A stretch of DNA of 63,937 nt, the filler included, from Salisapilia sapeloensis CBS 127946 (lineage: Eukaryota; Protista; Oomycota), in assembly GCA_023334545.1 (NCBI GenBank). It is 9 parts of 9 records of this genome, joined end to end, with 100 filler letters (N's around TTAATTAATTAA, not from the genome) between each part and the next. Parts side by side here need not be neighbours in the genome. Positions count along the whole stretch, not along the records: positions 5,101 to 24,321 come from JAADVB010000312.1; positions 24,422 to 33,341 come from JAADVB010000476.1; 7 more parts are not named here. One strand, given 5' to 3'. The translations under genes and the position numbers were made by a program. Under the pieces are notes generated by a model, which was given only the letters and a program-made list of their open reading frames with translations, made no database searches and was not told where the DNA came from. Positions 21,510 to 33,441 of this stretch are shown piece by piece (position 1 is the first letter of the stretch; every line of letters starts with the position of its first letter).

Positions 21510-24100
21510 ATGTTCAAAAGCTTCTCGAGCGCCGTCCAATCCACCGTCTCTAGCGCCGTCCAAAGCGCTGTCTCGGGTGCCATGGGAGAAGAATTCGCCA
21601 AGCACTACGAAACACCAAAGGACAGCACTGCCTCAGGTGGTCATTCCCTCGCATGGAAGATCTATCCAGGCGTATCCAAGAAAACGAATCAAGAAGTTAG
21701 CATCTTTATCTTTGACAAGGAAGATTTGCGCCGCATCAAGTCCAAGGATCTACAAGAACGTCTATTGGATGTCTTGCGGCAAGAATTGAAGACTTTACGA
21801 GTCCTACGTCACCCAAATGTCCTGCGCGTCATCGAGATCTACGAAGAGACGAGACGATCGCTATCCTTTGTGACCGAACGTGTTACCTGCTCCTTGGCCA
21901 ATGCGAACAAGAACTTTAGAAACGTAGGAAACGTAACGCCAGAGGTACTAGAGCTTGGTATGGGCGAATTTGACATTGCGTGCGGCTTGCTCCACGTCGG
22001 AGAAGCACTCAGTTTCCTCCACCGAGAGGGTAGACGTGTTCATTTAAGTATCGGTCCGCACAGTATCTTCATTACACCCAAAGGTGAGTGGAAGCTAGGT
22101 GGCATGGGCTTCTGTCGTGTCGTCGAGCCTGGGAAAACGTCTCGAAGTGAGTACTACTCGTCGGAAGCATCTTCCGGTGCCGTAGATCCTTCTACTGGCC
22201 AAATTGAGTTCAGCTGGGAACCTCCATTAGAGTACTGTGCGCCTGAAATCGTGACAGAGCCCCGCCAGTTCACGAGCAAAGCCGACATGTTCTCTCTCGG
22301 GTTACTCGTATATGAGTTATTCTGCCCTCCAAGAGCAGACGGTGGTCGCTCGCCTGTACTGGACATTAGTGACGGGAACACTGTCTCCCATGGCTACAAA
22401 GTCCAGTCTCTCCACCCAATCAAGTTCCCATCAACAGTGCCTGTCCCTCTCCAGAACACAATTCGGACATTGCTATCGATCGAGCCTTCGGAACGTCCGG
22501 AAGCAAGAGCATTCCTTGCTTCCCCATTCTTTGATTCCGGTTCTATCAAGACGCTGCGATCCTTGCAGAGTCTCGTGGAGCAGGAACCTGCTGCCCAAGC
22601 ACGTTTTCTAAATGACTTGCCCGATCAGTTGTCCGATTTCTCTCCACGCGTCTTGCGAGACATGGTTCTTCCGTCCTTACACAGCGTTTCCTTGAACAAA
22701 GCCGTTGCGCCTTTCGTCATCTCTCCTCTGCTCAAGGTCGTGGAGAAAGTAGACAAGTCTACTTTCCGAAGTGACATTGCGCCCATGCTCGTTCCGTTAT
22801 TAGGCATGACAGAGCCTGTGCAGTGCATGCTAAAGTTCGTCTCGGAACTCGAGATCCTCCTTCCCAAAGCAGATGAAACCTTCTTGCGAGACCATATCGT
22901 ACCAATGTTATGTCGTGCGTTGGAGAGTCCTGTCCCGGAGATCTTAGACGCTGTCTTGAGTAAGATCCAGGACCAAGCGACCTTGTTTGAGTATCGTATA
23001 CTAAAGCAGACGATCCTTCCGCGTGTAAACAAGTTAATTTTACACCCGCCACAGGCAACAGTGCGGGTGAATGCACTCGTGTGGCTCGCCAAGTCCTTCA
23101 ATCTGTTCGACAAGGACCTCTTGATTGAAAGTGTAGTGCCGACATTGGCACAGACAGTCCAGAGCGACAAGACGCCTGCAGTGTGTATGAGTGTCTTGGC
23201 ATGCTACGACCGACTGGCGAAACACTTAGGTCCAGAGTATACTGCCAAGCTCGTGCTTCCCTCTGTCGCTCCTTTATTATGGGAACGACAGCTAAACAAT
23301 GCGCAGTTCGATGCTGTCTGTGAAAAGCTACAGGATATGCTCAAGGACGTCATCTCTGCTCGAGACAAGGAGTTTGCACAGAAGGATTCCGTCGGATCTG
23401 TTGCGACGTCTGCTGGATTCAGTGACGCAGCGAAAGCGATGGAGAAGAATAAGGAGGAGGAGAGTGGGATGGGTAAAGCGAGTAAGGTCTTGAGTGAAGA
23501 GTACGTTGTGGAAGAGGAGGAGAAGGAGACGCAGCCACGGAACGGGTCCGATGATCCGTTCTACCTCGGTAGCTCCTCCTCGTCTGTATCCAGGTCGGCA
23601 CCAAAAGAAGAGAAGAGTGATAGGAGCTCCAGAAGAGTTGGTCGAAAAGGATCGAGGGCGAGGAAGACCAGGCAAAATGATGGCAACCTTCTTGACATGG
23701 ATACGTCTCAGGTACGGCTTCTTATCGTTTATAGATAGGGGTGATCTAATTGATGGCATAGTCTACTGGAAACGACTTGTTGAGTATGCAGTCGACAGCA
23801 CCTCCACCACCGCAGAACCAGGACATGTTCAGTGGCATGAATATGACTGGGAATGGGTATGGCCAGCAAGCGATGACACCTTATGGACAGACGTTTGCAC
23901 CTCCGCAGCAACAGTTTAGTCAGATGCAGATGACGCCGTACGGTCAAAACTACCAGCAGCCTCCTCCGAATAACGTGAATGCCGGTATGAACATGGGTGG
24001 CATGGGCTCACAGCTCCAGCTGCAGAACGGAGGGTATCAACAACAGCAGCAGCAACGGTCGAATCCGAATGATCCGTTCAGCGCCTTTGATGGACTATGA
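21510..24100 (+). CDS. SCYL2: SCY1-like pseudokinase (SCYL2/CVAK104 type), two or more exons
   Basis: The kinase-like N-lobe lacks catalytic motifs (WKIYPG, LRHPNVL, GEWKLGGMGF) and is followed by HEAT repeats and a low-complexity tail ending NDPFSAFDGL*. Confidence 0.85.
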
Positions 24101-24193
24101 AAGTAGATAGCATACATGACAATCGATACAGACGTCAGACATCTCGTTTTTTCATTCGCGTTACATGTATTGCATCCTTTCTTCTTTATAGTC

Positions 24194-24321
24194 CTATTCG
24201 TCCGTGACGCAGCCTTCGGATGCCGAGGAGACGTTCTTGATGTACTTGTAGAGCGTCCCGTTGGTGGACTTGAGCGGCGGGGCGGTCCAGTTCTTCTTCC
24301 GGTCTGCCAGCTCGGCGTCCG
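24194..24321 (-). CDS. ilvD: Dihydroxy-acid dehydratase, C-terminal fragment truncated by gap
   Basis: [41 protein letters not shown] matches the conserved IlvD C-terminus. Confidence 0.85.
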
Positions 24322-24421
24322 NNNNNNNNNNNNNNNNNNNNNNNNNNNNNNNNNNNNNNNNNNNNTTAATTAATTAANNNNNNNNNNNNNNNNNNNNNNN
24401 NNNNNNNNNNNNNNNNNNNNN
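24322..24421. other. Artificial contig linker
   Basis: N44-TTAATTAATTAA-N44. Confidence 0.98.
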
Positions 24422-25077
24422 GACGTCCGCCATCCTCTCCTTGTGGTCGGCACGGCGGACAAGCAGATCCACATCGTCGACATCCGGAAGCCGACGCAGA
24501 TCTACAAGTCGATCGCATCGAACCTCAAGTTCCAGACTAAGAGTGTGGCGTGCTTCCCGGACCAACGAGGTTTTATTGTTGGATCGATTGCTGGTAGAGC
24601 TGCCGTGCAGCACATTGAGCCATCCGATCAGAGGTGTTTTATGTGCATTAAGTGTATTGAGATGAGCTTGTGGTAACTTGGGCTCTAGGAATGATTTTGC
24701 TTTTAAGTGCCATCGATACAATGGGCACATTTATCCGGTGTCTAGTATCTCTTTCCACCCGACTGGTAAGTTTGCCACTGCTGGAAGTGATGGTGGCTAT
24801 GTCTTCTGGAGCAAAGAGCTTCGTATCTCCTGTCGCGTTTTTGAAAAATGGTACTATGCAGTCCACATGCCTTGTCTTACTCACGTACTCATTTCTTTCT
24901 TATAGTAACCAATCTATTACAGTTGGTAAATTCAATACTCCCGGAGACATCTTTGCTTATGCAGTGTCTTACGACTGGATGATGGGCCATGAAAAGTATA
25001 ACCCGTCGCAGCCAAGTGTCCTGCGCCTACACCAGGTCAGTCAGTCGGAATTGCATGGAGGTAGGAAACGGTCGTAA
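24422..25077 (+). CDS. RAE1: RAE1/BUB3-family WD40 protein (RAE1-like), 5' truncated, three exons visible
   Basis: SNLKFQTKSVACFPD, GSIAGR, FAFKCHR, ATAGSDG and DIFAYAVSYDW. Confidence 0.82.
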
Positions 25078-25135
25078 GCCTAAGCTTGCTTTTTCAATCG
25101 ACTCTATTGCTCTTCAGCAGCAGCATCTATTACTC

Positions 25136-26032
25136 CTAAAGTCGTTTCAGCGCTTCTTGGGCTTCCTTCACACCACTCTTGGCTGCAGCCTCATACAATT
25201 CTTTTGCCTTGGCCAAGTCCCGTGGAACGCCAGCGCCTTGTTCCAGCATTTGGCCCATTAAAAACTGTGCTTCTGGGATACCTGACTGTGCAGCAACAAA
25301 GAAGCACTCGGCAGCTTTTGCCGGATCCTTGTCGACTCCTTTGCCCATGAGGTAGCACGCACCCAAGTCGAACTGCGCTTTCGGATACGCTTGGTCTGCT
25401 GCAAGTCGAAAGTGCTTGACAGCGGCCACCGGATCAGTTTGCGTCCCTTTGCCGTACATGTACGCTTTGCCGACTGCATACTGTGCTTCTGCCATGCCCT
25501 CCGTCGCTGCCTTGGTGTAGAACGTGAAAGCCTTCTCCTCATCCTGTTCCACATGCAGTCCGTTTGCATAGAGGTGGGCCAGGTCGTAGCTGGCAGCCAT
25601 GTGGCCACTTTCCGCTGCCTGATGCCACATCTCCAAACCTTTGGAAACATCCTGCGTAACGTGATTCGATCCGTCCAAAAGGATTCGTCCAAGCTGATGG
25701 CAGCTGCCGGAATGTCCTTGGTTTGCTGCCTGCTCTAAGAATCGAGTTGCCAAGATCTCGTCTGGCAATAGATCTTCACCGTATCCTTTGAGGTACAGGT
25801 GACCGAGTGCGCTTTGAGCCTTCACGTGCCCAAGCTCTGCTGCATTGGTCCAGTGGAGAACGGCTTGACGGACTTTAGGAGCCGCTGACTGGCTGTCGGA
25901 TTTATTCGTCAAGTGCTTGACACCCTCCGCGAACTCTTCATCCGGTGAAAGGTTTGAAAAGGCTCGGACGAGGTTTCGTGTGCCGTCCGAGCGTCGAGCA
26001 CAGGTCAGTCGTTGGGCTACTCGTCGAAGCAT
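25136..26032 (-). CDS. Sel1-like repeat protein with mitochondrial transit-peptide-like N-terminus
   Basis: 298-aa ORF with repeated AAE.G...AQ..LG..Y..G.GV..D...A..W motifs. Confidence 0.9.
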   Translation of the reverse strand: MLRRVAQRLTCARRSDGTRNLVRAFSNLSPDEEFAEGVKHLTNKSDSQSAAPKVRQAVLHWTNAAELGHVKAQSALGHLYLKGYGEDLLPDEILATRFLEQAANQGHSGSCHQLGRILLDGSNHVTQDVSKGLEMWHQAAESGHMAASYDLAHLYANGLHVEQDEEKAFTFYTKAATEGMAEAQYAVGKAYMYGKGTQTDPVAAVKHFRLAADQAYPKAQFDLGACYLMGKGVDKDPAKAAECFFVAAQSGIPEAQFLMGQMLEQGAGVPRDLAKAKELYEAAAKSGVKEAQEALKRL

Positions 26033-26204
26033 GATTCGTTGTCGATTTTCATGTCATGTCACCGGGAGTAGTTATTCATTCGAGACACTCTACTTTTATA
26101 TTGTATGCGTACGTTTATGTTTTTGTAGGACTTTTTCTTTTCTTTCTATCCGAATGCCTATAGCGTACACATCTCGACCTGTGCTGGAAAGCTAGAAGAC
26201 CAGC

Positions 26205-26898
26205 ATGACATCCACAGGAAAGGACATCGAAAAGGTTTCGTACTGCTATCGCTACCTGCACGTGGCTTAAATAATCCACTAAAACAACGGGCAGGCTCGA
26301 GTGAAGCGACTGTTATCTGCTGATAGTGACATGGGACAGCTCAGTGCCTCGGCCCTTGTAGCCATCGGTACGAACGAATTCACATTGTGCAACGTAGCAC
26401 ATGTTTATTTTTATGCATGTAGCCTGTGCTGCTGAAAACTTTGTCCGTGACATTGGCGCCCAAATGATAGCCCACGTGAGCAGCACTAGCCGATCAACAG
26501 CTACACCAGTGGACTTGTACGCCCATCGCCTCGATCACACCACACGTACACTCATCTGATATTGAATTGCAGCAAACAGGTTGTCCTAGCAGATAACACA
26601 TTATCTTTCCTGCATGGCAAGATGGACGAGATTGACGAATCGGATGTCAAGTACGCCACCACTCGGAGCAGACGCAAGCGAAAGACAAGAGCCGAAACTT
26701 CAAACGACAGTGCAGCGTACGGCTAGCGACGCATTTATAACGACCGTATCTACAGTTTATTCACACGTGCATAGCCAAGTATCATCAGCAAGCAGAAAGA
26801 CACGTCGGAAGAGCCCGGTGGAAGCCAACACCCAATCGGTAGTCTCTGTCGACATTGACGAAGATGACGATTATGACGAAAGTGAAAGTGATAGCTAA
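26205..26898 (+). CDS. Histone-fold protein (NC2-alpha/DRAP1, NF-YC or CHRAC-like), multi-exon, acidic tail
   Basis: The spliced frame MTSTGKDIEK|ARVKRLLSADSDMGQLSASALVAI|CAAENFVRDIGAQM...TPVD|KQVVLADNTLSFL fits the ARIKKIMQ.D.D.G...FDFL pattern. Introns are GT-AG. Confidence 0.65.
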
Positions 26899-26933
26899 CT
26901 TGATAGAAAGAGAGCTCTATGTTTGTCGATCAA

Positions 26934-28520
26934 TCAAATCTTGAGCTCTTCCCACGTCGGTCCAAAGATGCTTCCGTTCTGGCCAGCCACGTCCTCTTCG
27001 TTAAAGAAGAACCGGTGCATGTGCGCCACTACGTTATTCGAGTCCGACTGCTGAAGGACAAACGAAAGGTTCAGATCTTCTGCTGACTCACTCACCAGCA
27101 GCACGTCATACCCTTCCAGCACGCCTAACGCTCCTCCCAACTGGCCCAGTCCGCACCTCAGCCTTCTTCCGACGATCGAAACTACACTGCAGTTGTAGAA
27201 AACTTCGACACTCGCCTGTTCTTGCAGCACTTCCAAAAGACGCTGGAAAGAGTCTCCGTCCGTTCCGCCGGGGATGTGATCCAGCGTGACGGTGACGGAG
27301 AACTGGGACGTCGCAATGAGATCGACGGAGATGCCAAACTGCTGGAAAGGAGCAAAGACTCTGGCGAGGAAACCAGACGTTCCGAACATGTCAAAGGCAG
27401 TGATACTCAGCGTCGTAATGCTCTGTCTCTTCATCACAGCCAAGATCTTCGAGGTAGTTGGCGCGTCTTCCGTCGATCCAGCTCGAATGACTGTGCGAGG
27501 TCCATCTGGGTCATTCGTATTCCGGATTTCCACAGGCACGTTCGCCCACTGCGCTGGCAAGATGCACCGAGGGTGAAGCACTTTGGCGCCCATCGCAGCA
27601 AGCTCCTGCGCCTCTCGATAATCCAGGTCTGTGATCAGCCTCGCGTGCTTCTCGGCTCGAGGGTCGGTGCTGAACATGCCATGAACATCCGTCCAGATCT
27701 CAAAGCTCTTTGCTTCCAACAACGCTGCGAAGAGAGCTCCAGACGTATCACTTCCACCTCGACCGAGAACTGCAGTGGAGTGGTCCGAGGTGCTACAGAT
27801 AAATCCTTGTGTTAGTACGACAGGGCAGTTGTCTGCTAGAGATAAGGCTTCCGTCTTGAGCGACTGCGTCGGCAGCACTTGAGCCTGCAAGAACCGATCG
27901 TCCTCGGACTGCGTGCGTGAAGCAGTTGCTATCAAAAGCTTTCGTGCATCGACTCGCTGCACTCGAGACAGACCGAGGTGATTTAGGATGCAGACACCGA
28001 GATGTGTCGACAGGAGCTCTCCGAACGCCAGCACTCTGGCATGGATCCGAGGCGACGTTTCCTCCGTCAGCTTAATTCCTTCCAGCACTCTCACCAGGTT
28101 TTTTAATTCTTTCAGTAGAGGGTGCAGAGTCTCGGGAAGAGCGTCGTTAATGTGTCCGTCCATTGCGAAGGACGTGTCGCCGAATACAGAAGACAGCCAC
28201 CGTTCTCGCCATTCCTCCTGAGTCAGCTCAGAAGTTGACAAAAGACCGGTGGCAAAAGCTAGCTCAAAGTGCTGCAGTGCGATGGCTTTAGCGATCTTCC
28301 CATGGTCGTCCGTGGCGTCTCGAGCCGCCGCGAGCGCTTGCTGAAGCTTGTTGGTTACCTGAGACAGCGCCGAGATGGTGACCCAGACGCGTCGCTTGTC
28401 ACCATCCGGAGCGTTCAGGTGATAACAAATCTGGTTAAAGATGCATTGCCAACGTTCCGGTGTTGACACACTCGTGCCGCCGAACTTGAGAACCACCCAC
28501 GGCGCGTTCGAGGTGTCCAT
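26934..28520 (-). CDS. lysC: Aspartate kinase with two C-terminal ACT domains
   Basis: WVVLKFGGTSV, AFGELLST, LGRGGSDTSGA, IWTDVHGMFSTDPR, EAQELAAMGAKVLHPRC and GISVDLIATS. Intronless. Confidence 0.92.
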   Translation of the reverse strand: MDTSNAPWVVLKFGGTSVSTPERWQCIFNQICYHLNAPDGDKRRVWVTISALSQVTNKLQQALAAARDATDDHGKIAKAIALQHFELAFATGLLSTSELTQEEWRERWLSSVFGDTSFAMDGHINDALPETLHPLLKELKNLVRVLEGIKLTEETSPRIHARVLAFGELLSTHLGVCILNHLGLSRVQRVDARKLLIATASRTQSEDDRFLQAQVLPTQSLKTEALSLADNCPVVLTQGFICSTSDHSTAVLGRGGSDTSGALFAALLEAKSFEIWTDVHGMFSTDPRAEKHARLITDLDYREAQELAAMGAKVLHPRCILPAQWANVPVEIRNTNDPDGPRTVIRAGSTEDAPTTSKILAVMKRQSITTLSITAFDMFGTSGFLARVFAPFQQFGISVDLIATSQFSVTVTLDHIPGGTDGDSFQRLLEVLQEQASVEVFYNCSVVSIVGRRLRCGLGQLGGALGVLEGYDVLLVSESAEDLNLSFVLQQSDSNNVVAHMHRFFFNEEDVAGQNGSIFGPTWEELKI

Positions 28521-29062
28521 CCTGCCACTCGTGCCGTTTTGCACAATTCAAAGTCGGCTTCACGTCCACTAATTTCAGCCAATCAATGCTCGCTTAGAAC
28601 ACGAATTCTCAGATCTGACACAATGCAGAGGTTTGGTTTCGCGCGTTTAACTCGTTAATCTTGATGGATTCGCCCTTCCGGTGGCAAGGGCACGTGCGGT
28701 AAAGTATACAGAAGCTGCTTTATGAACGGTCGACTTTCAAGTGACGCTTCACTCGCATCGACGCATTGTCTAGCACCATATCCATTTCAACGTAGGAACC
28801 GAGCTAGTCGACAGGTGCAACTCCTCTGTACCACTCACAGCCTGAAGAGGAAACCAAGCAGATTTCGCCGCAGTGATAGAAAAGTTCGCGCGCCCTCCTT
28901 GGATTTGTCCTTCTAAATTGCCTCCACTTCACTTGACTTGGGTATTGTATAGACCTAGCTTCAGAAATAATTTCTGGTTCGGTGTCGAATCGCCCCCATC
29001 GTCGTGCTCCTCGGCCATTCTTCCGCCCTGCTCTACAGCTTCGCCACTCGGACAAAGGACAA

Positions 29063-31285
29063 ATGTCATGGACCTCCGGAAACAACGACTGGGACCTCGA
29101 GCTCCAGCGCATGAGGTACATTGAGTCTCTCTCAGGAGGCGCCTCGCCGGCCATCGCACCCTCTGCAGGTGCGAATGGTGGCGGCGGGTCTTCCCTCCCG
29201 AATTCTGCCTCCTGCCCCTCCTTCACAGACCTCAGCAACCAGGCAGACGATGCTTTCATGTCCGAACTGATGCCCGGAGAGCAAGACGCGACTAATCAAA
29301 CGCACTCTGGCGGTGGATTCGCCTCGAATTACAATGGTTTCTTTCCCTATTCCGACACCTCGGTCGTCTACGAGAACAAGGAGATGCCTTTCGAACCGTA
29401 TGGCCAGGACGCAGCTTTGAGCAACAGCAGCTTCCACATGAACGCCCCAAACGATTACAATCATCTATTGGATCTCCAGCAGCAGAATCAGTCGTCTACC
29501 ATGCGCCAGTACCCGCACACAAACAACACTGCCATGGGGAGAGGAACTAGTCTAGCTAGTGGTTCTGCCAAAACTAAAGGAAGGGGTAATTTCCACGGCT
29601 CTGCTTCCTTCACCAGTCTTGCGAACATGGAAAGAGAGCACCGGCGGCAGGCAGGCAAATTGCGACCGAGAGGTACTTCCATAGGATTTCATTTGACGTG
29701 TACTCGGACTAATCAATCTCAATACAGCAAACAGGCAACTCAAATGCAGTGGAAAGTCGCTAGGAAAGCAGCATCGCCACCAATCCTGTAAGCACCGCGC
29801 CCTCGTCTGCTATCTTTCTATTCAAATCTTATCAGCATGTCAACAGTAGTCGACCTCTCCTCCAAATCCACCTTGGGCTCGATGCGACAACGACTAGGCT
29901 CGACACCAGAGACCCACGCGGTCGCCGACTCGTCCATGGAAGACGCCTCCAATGACGACATGATCGGCTTTTCCATCGACGACCTGCCGGAGACGCTGAC
30001 GTCGGACTCTAGTTGGCCTGAGCCTCCCTCCTCTTCCTTTGAGACGAGTGCCACGAGCGATCAGTTACTATACAACTCTTCTCCCCCAGTAGACACAGAC
30101 ACCACGTCGACACGCCGAGACTCCCTCCCGTCCGCGAATGACATCGACTTGCTGCTGAACGACCAGGACAAGGCCAACATGTCTAGTCTCTTCGACGCCA
30201 TCCGAGACTTTGAAGACGCAAGCGAGTCTTCGGACGGCAAGGTCCAGTGCGACAACAGTCGGCTGGTAAACGCCGTCCAGCGAAAGAGCGGAGATCCGCC
30301 CACCACAGTGCTTTCGAATAAGGAGCAGAATCAGATGCAGTCGTCTCCGCTCTTTTCCTCTCCGGACAAGATCACCGAGACCGCTGGCTCCTTATGGCTG
30401 CTGCTGCATGTCCAAGCATGCTCGCAGCCGTCTTCATGCACCATCTCTGGCTGCCAAGTCATGCAGAAAGTGTTCCGTCACTGCATCCAATGCCCAAAAC
30501 TTGTCGGGGATTGCCAAACGACGTGCAACGAAGCCAAGATGATGCTACTGCACTTTGGCAGCTGCACGCAGGCGCTGTCAAAGCAACAGCCGCCCACCTG
30601 CTCATTGTGCAGCAAGCTTCAGGATATTGACAACGCTCACCACGCTCTCCAGCGCAGCAAGGCGAACTCATCCATGTCCGACCTGCAGAGCCTAGATTCT
30701 CCTGCGCCGGAACCTCTGAACGAGTCTACTAGCCGAGGGGGATCAAGTGTCGGGATGACGCGCGTAGCCTCAGCTCCAGTTCTTTCCAGCCTCGAACAGC
30801 AGCAAAAGGGCAGTCGGAGGCCAGTTCCGATCAAACCGAATCCGCTGCCGACCGCATCGAACCCAATGGGTATCATGGGCTCGTACCCTCACATGGGTTA
30901 CTCCCTCGCACTGTACATGGAACAGACGTCGCCTCCGTTTCGGGAAGAAGTAAAGGATCGCATCGAGAAGAAAGTCAAAGCAGCTGCTGGACAGGACCTG
31001 GTGAGGCACATGAAAAAGAAGACACGATTGCGTAGTTTGGACGAGCTGAGAGGGCAGGCACGCACGACGGTGCTCGGGGAGCTAGAGAGAGAGCTCCACT
31101 GGCGTATGCAGGGTCTTCACAATTGGAGCCAACAAGAGCAGCTGCCAGACTATCTTTCTGACCTACCTACGAATGGCGTGATGGCGTTCCACGCGCACCA
31201 ATCTAGGTTACAAGCGGCGATGTTGCAACGGACTGGAGAAGTGGCGAGCAAGGCCAAGCTCGAGGAGCCGGCAGAACCCGTGTAG
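29063..31285 (+). CDS. TAZ-type zinc-finger protein, low-complexity N-terminus, three exons
   Basis: LLLHVQAC....CTISGCQVMQKVFRHCIQC....CQTTCNEAKMMLLHFGSC...CSLC. GT-AG introns lie near 29673-29726 and 29788-29836. Confidence 0.7.
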
Positions 31286-32287
31286 AGGAAGAAGAGTTCG
31301 GTGTAGACAATGGAACGTATGTATTTACAATTTAAAAGACGCTATCGATCACTTAAGTACGCTCCAATCGACTTTCTACGGATTAGCGAGGCCGGAAGCG
31401 TATAGGAACGAAATGTTTCAAATTCAAGCTCGTTGACACCTAGGTTACTATATCGATTGCGCGTTGCGCTCGTTGAGTGGCTCGAGGATACACTTTCTAT
31501 TTATTCCTCGATCCCTAGGGTGAAAACCTTCTACCGATCGCAAAAGCTAAACCCAGATTGATGCATAGCCATGTGCAAGGTATTTACGACTTTCCATGGG
31601 GAGATCCGGGAAACAAATTGCATCCATTTAAATCCGGCTTTAAATTCGGAACTCAACCATAGAATACTATTGGGCTGGTCATTCCGGTGCACTTTCTTCA
31701 TCAATATCCTGAGATCCGAGATGACGCATTTCCAGCAGAGCTTTCCATAAATGGTTCATCGCAAATAAAAGCACCTCGCCACGTACCTCGTACCCGTCTA
31801 CATTATTCTATCTTTGCATCCACTATGTGTCGAGCCTTAATAGATCCTGTGCATGGCTACTCAACACCGGAATCAAATACACAAGCAACTTTATTCGCAG
31901 CTCGCAGGCTTGACCGATAAGTGTTGCCGACGTCGAAAGGTGCTCAGTATTCTATACAAGTCACCAGTGCGCGTGTTCGAAGACATACTCTGCTATCAAA
32001 GGTGCTTGCGTTATGTATCCGTTGGGTGTCCTACTGTGCACAGTAACCTAATGGCTATCGCTTTTTCTAAGCGAAAGGTTCAAGATCGAATCAATCGTAC
32101 TACCGTGCGTGCTCACCCATTAGAGGAGATCACAAGCCAGAGCCAGCACGAATCCGTTCATGTCCGCAAGGCACTCAAACGATCACTTTCGGATTTGATC
32201 CCAAGCGCTCAAAGCTTATCAGCAGTTAAAACAACCGCAACCTTTCGTATTGAGTTAACACTTGAAGACAACTTCAAGTAGTTTTCG

Positions 32288-33341
32288 ATGAAGTTACCAC
32301 TTCCAACTTTCCTCGCAGCTGGTATCCTGCTACTGCATACTAGTGTCCGTGCGGAAGCACCGGTAAGCGTCTGCCGCGATGCAACTTACGTCCTCGATGT
32401 CGACCCGGCCAAGCTTTGCTCTGGCAGCGGTGCTGCACCTCATGGTACTGCGTGTCCCGTTGCTGGAGACTACACGTCGATCGACTGTCATAGCAACCTT
32501 GCTTCGTACAGCGAAAGCGATGGTGCTTGTATAGCGATGGAAGATGCCGAGTGCCAACTCGTTCATGACGATGTATGGGGCTGTGTCTTTCCGACCATCG
32601 GCTGTGGGACAGCAGATGTGACCCCAGCTCCCACGCCCATGTCAGCATACTACCATTATCCAGACACATACACCGGTTCTGGACATGGACATGATATGCC
32701 GGACGCTGACGATCACGAGCCGACTCCTGTGACCACTGCATACCCCACATTGGAGCCTGACTATCATGATGGTAACTATGGTGGAGAACACAAAGACTCT
32801 GAAGACTCCCAAGACTATCACCCAACTTCAGCTGCTACTGCCTATCCATCTATGAGTCCGCATCATCCGAAAGACGACAGCAACGATGACGCTGGCGACT
32901 ACGCGTCACCAAGTCCTACAGTCTACCCAAGTCATGCTCCGGTCGACTCCTCTACTGCCTCTGGAAGTGCCTACGACAGTACAGAGCCCGACCACACTAA
33001 GCCTGGACATGACCATCCACCAAACAGCCCTTCAACTGACTACTCACATGACTCTTTCTATGGAGACCATTCCACTTCTGAGGAATCCAACAGCGACCAC
33101 GACGACTCCCACTCATCGTACCATCCAACACCACTGACAAGTCACGAGCCCGACTACTCAAGTCAATCACAATCACAAACCGATAGCCACCCTCCAACGG
33201 TCTCTCACTCAACCAGCTATAGCCACGGTTCATCCGGCAGCAGCCACGGTTCGTCCGGAAGTGGTAGCGAGACGCCATGCCCGAGCGATAGCCACTCTGG
33301 CAGCCAAGGTTCATCCGGCAGCAGCCACGGTTCGTCCGGAA
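32288..33341 (+). CDS. Secreted mucin-like protein (oomycete cyst-germination acidic-repeat/Car-type N-terminal Cys domain) with His/Ser/Asp/Pro-rich tail; 3' truncated
   Basis: Signal peptide, then SVCRDATY...CSGSG..P.GTACP..GD....DCH..L.SY....C.A.EDA.C.......WGCVFP. The tail has SSHGSSGS repeats running into the gap. Confidence 0.8.
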
Positions 33342-33441
33342 NNNNNNNNNNNNNNNNNNNNNNNNNNNNNNNNNNNNNNNNNNNNTTAATTAATTAANNN
33401 NNNNNNNNNNNNNNNNNNNNNNNNNNNNNNNNNNNNNNNNN
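33342..33441. other. Artificial contig linker
   Basis: N44-TTAATTAATTAA-N44. Confidence 0.98.
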
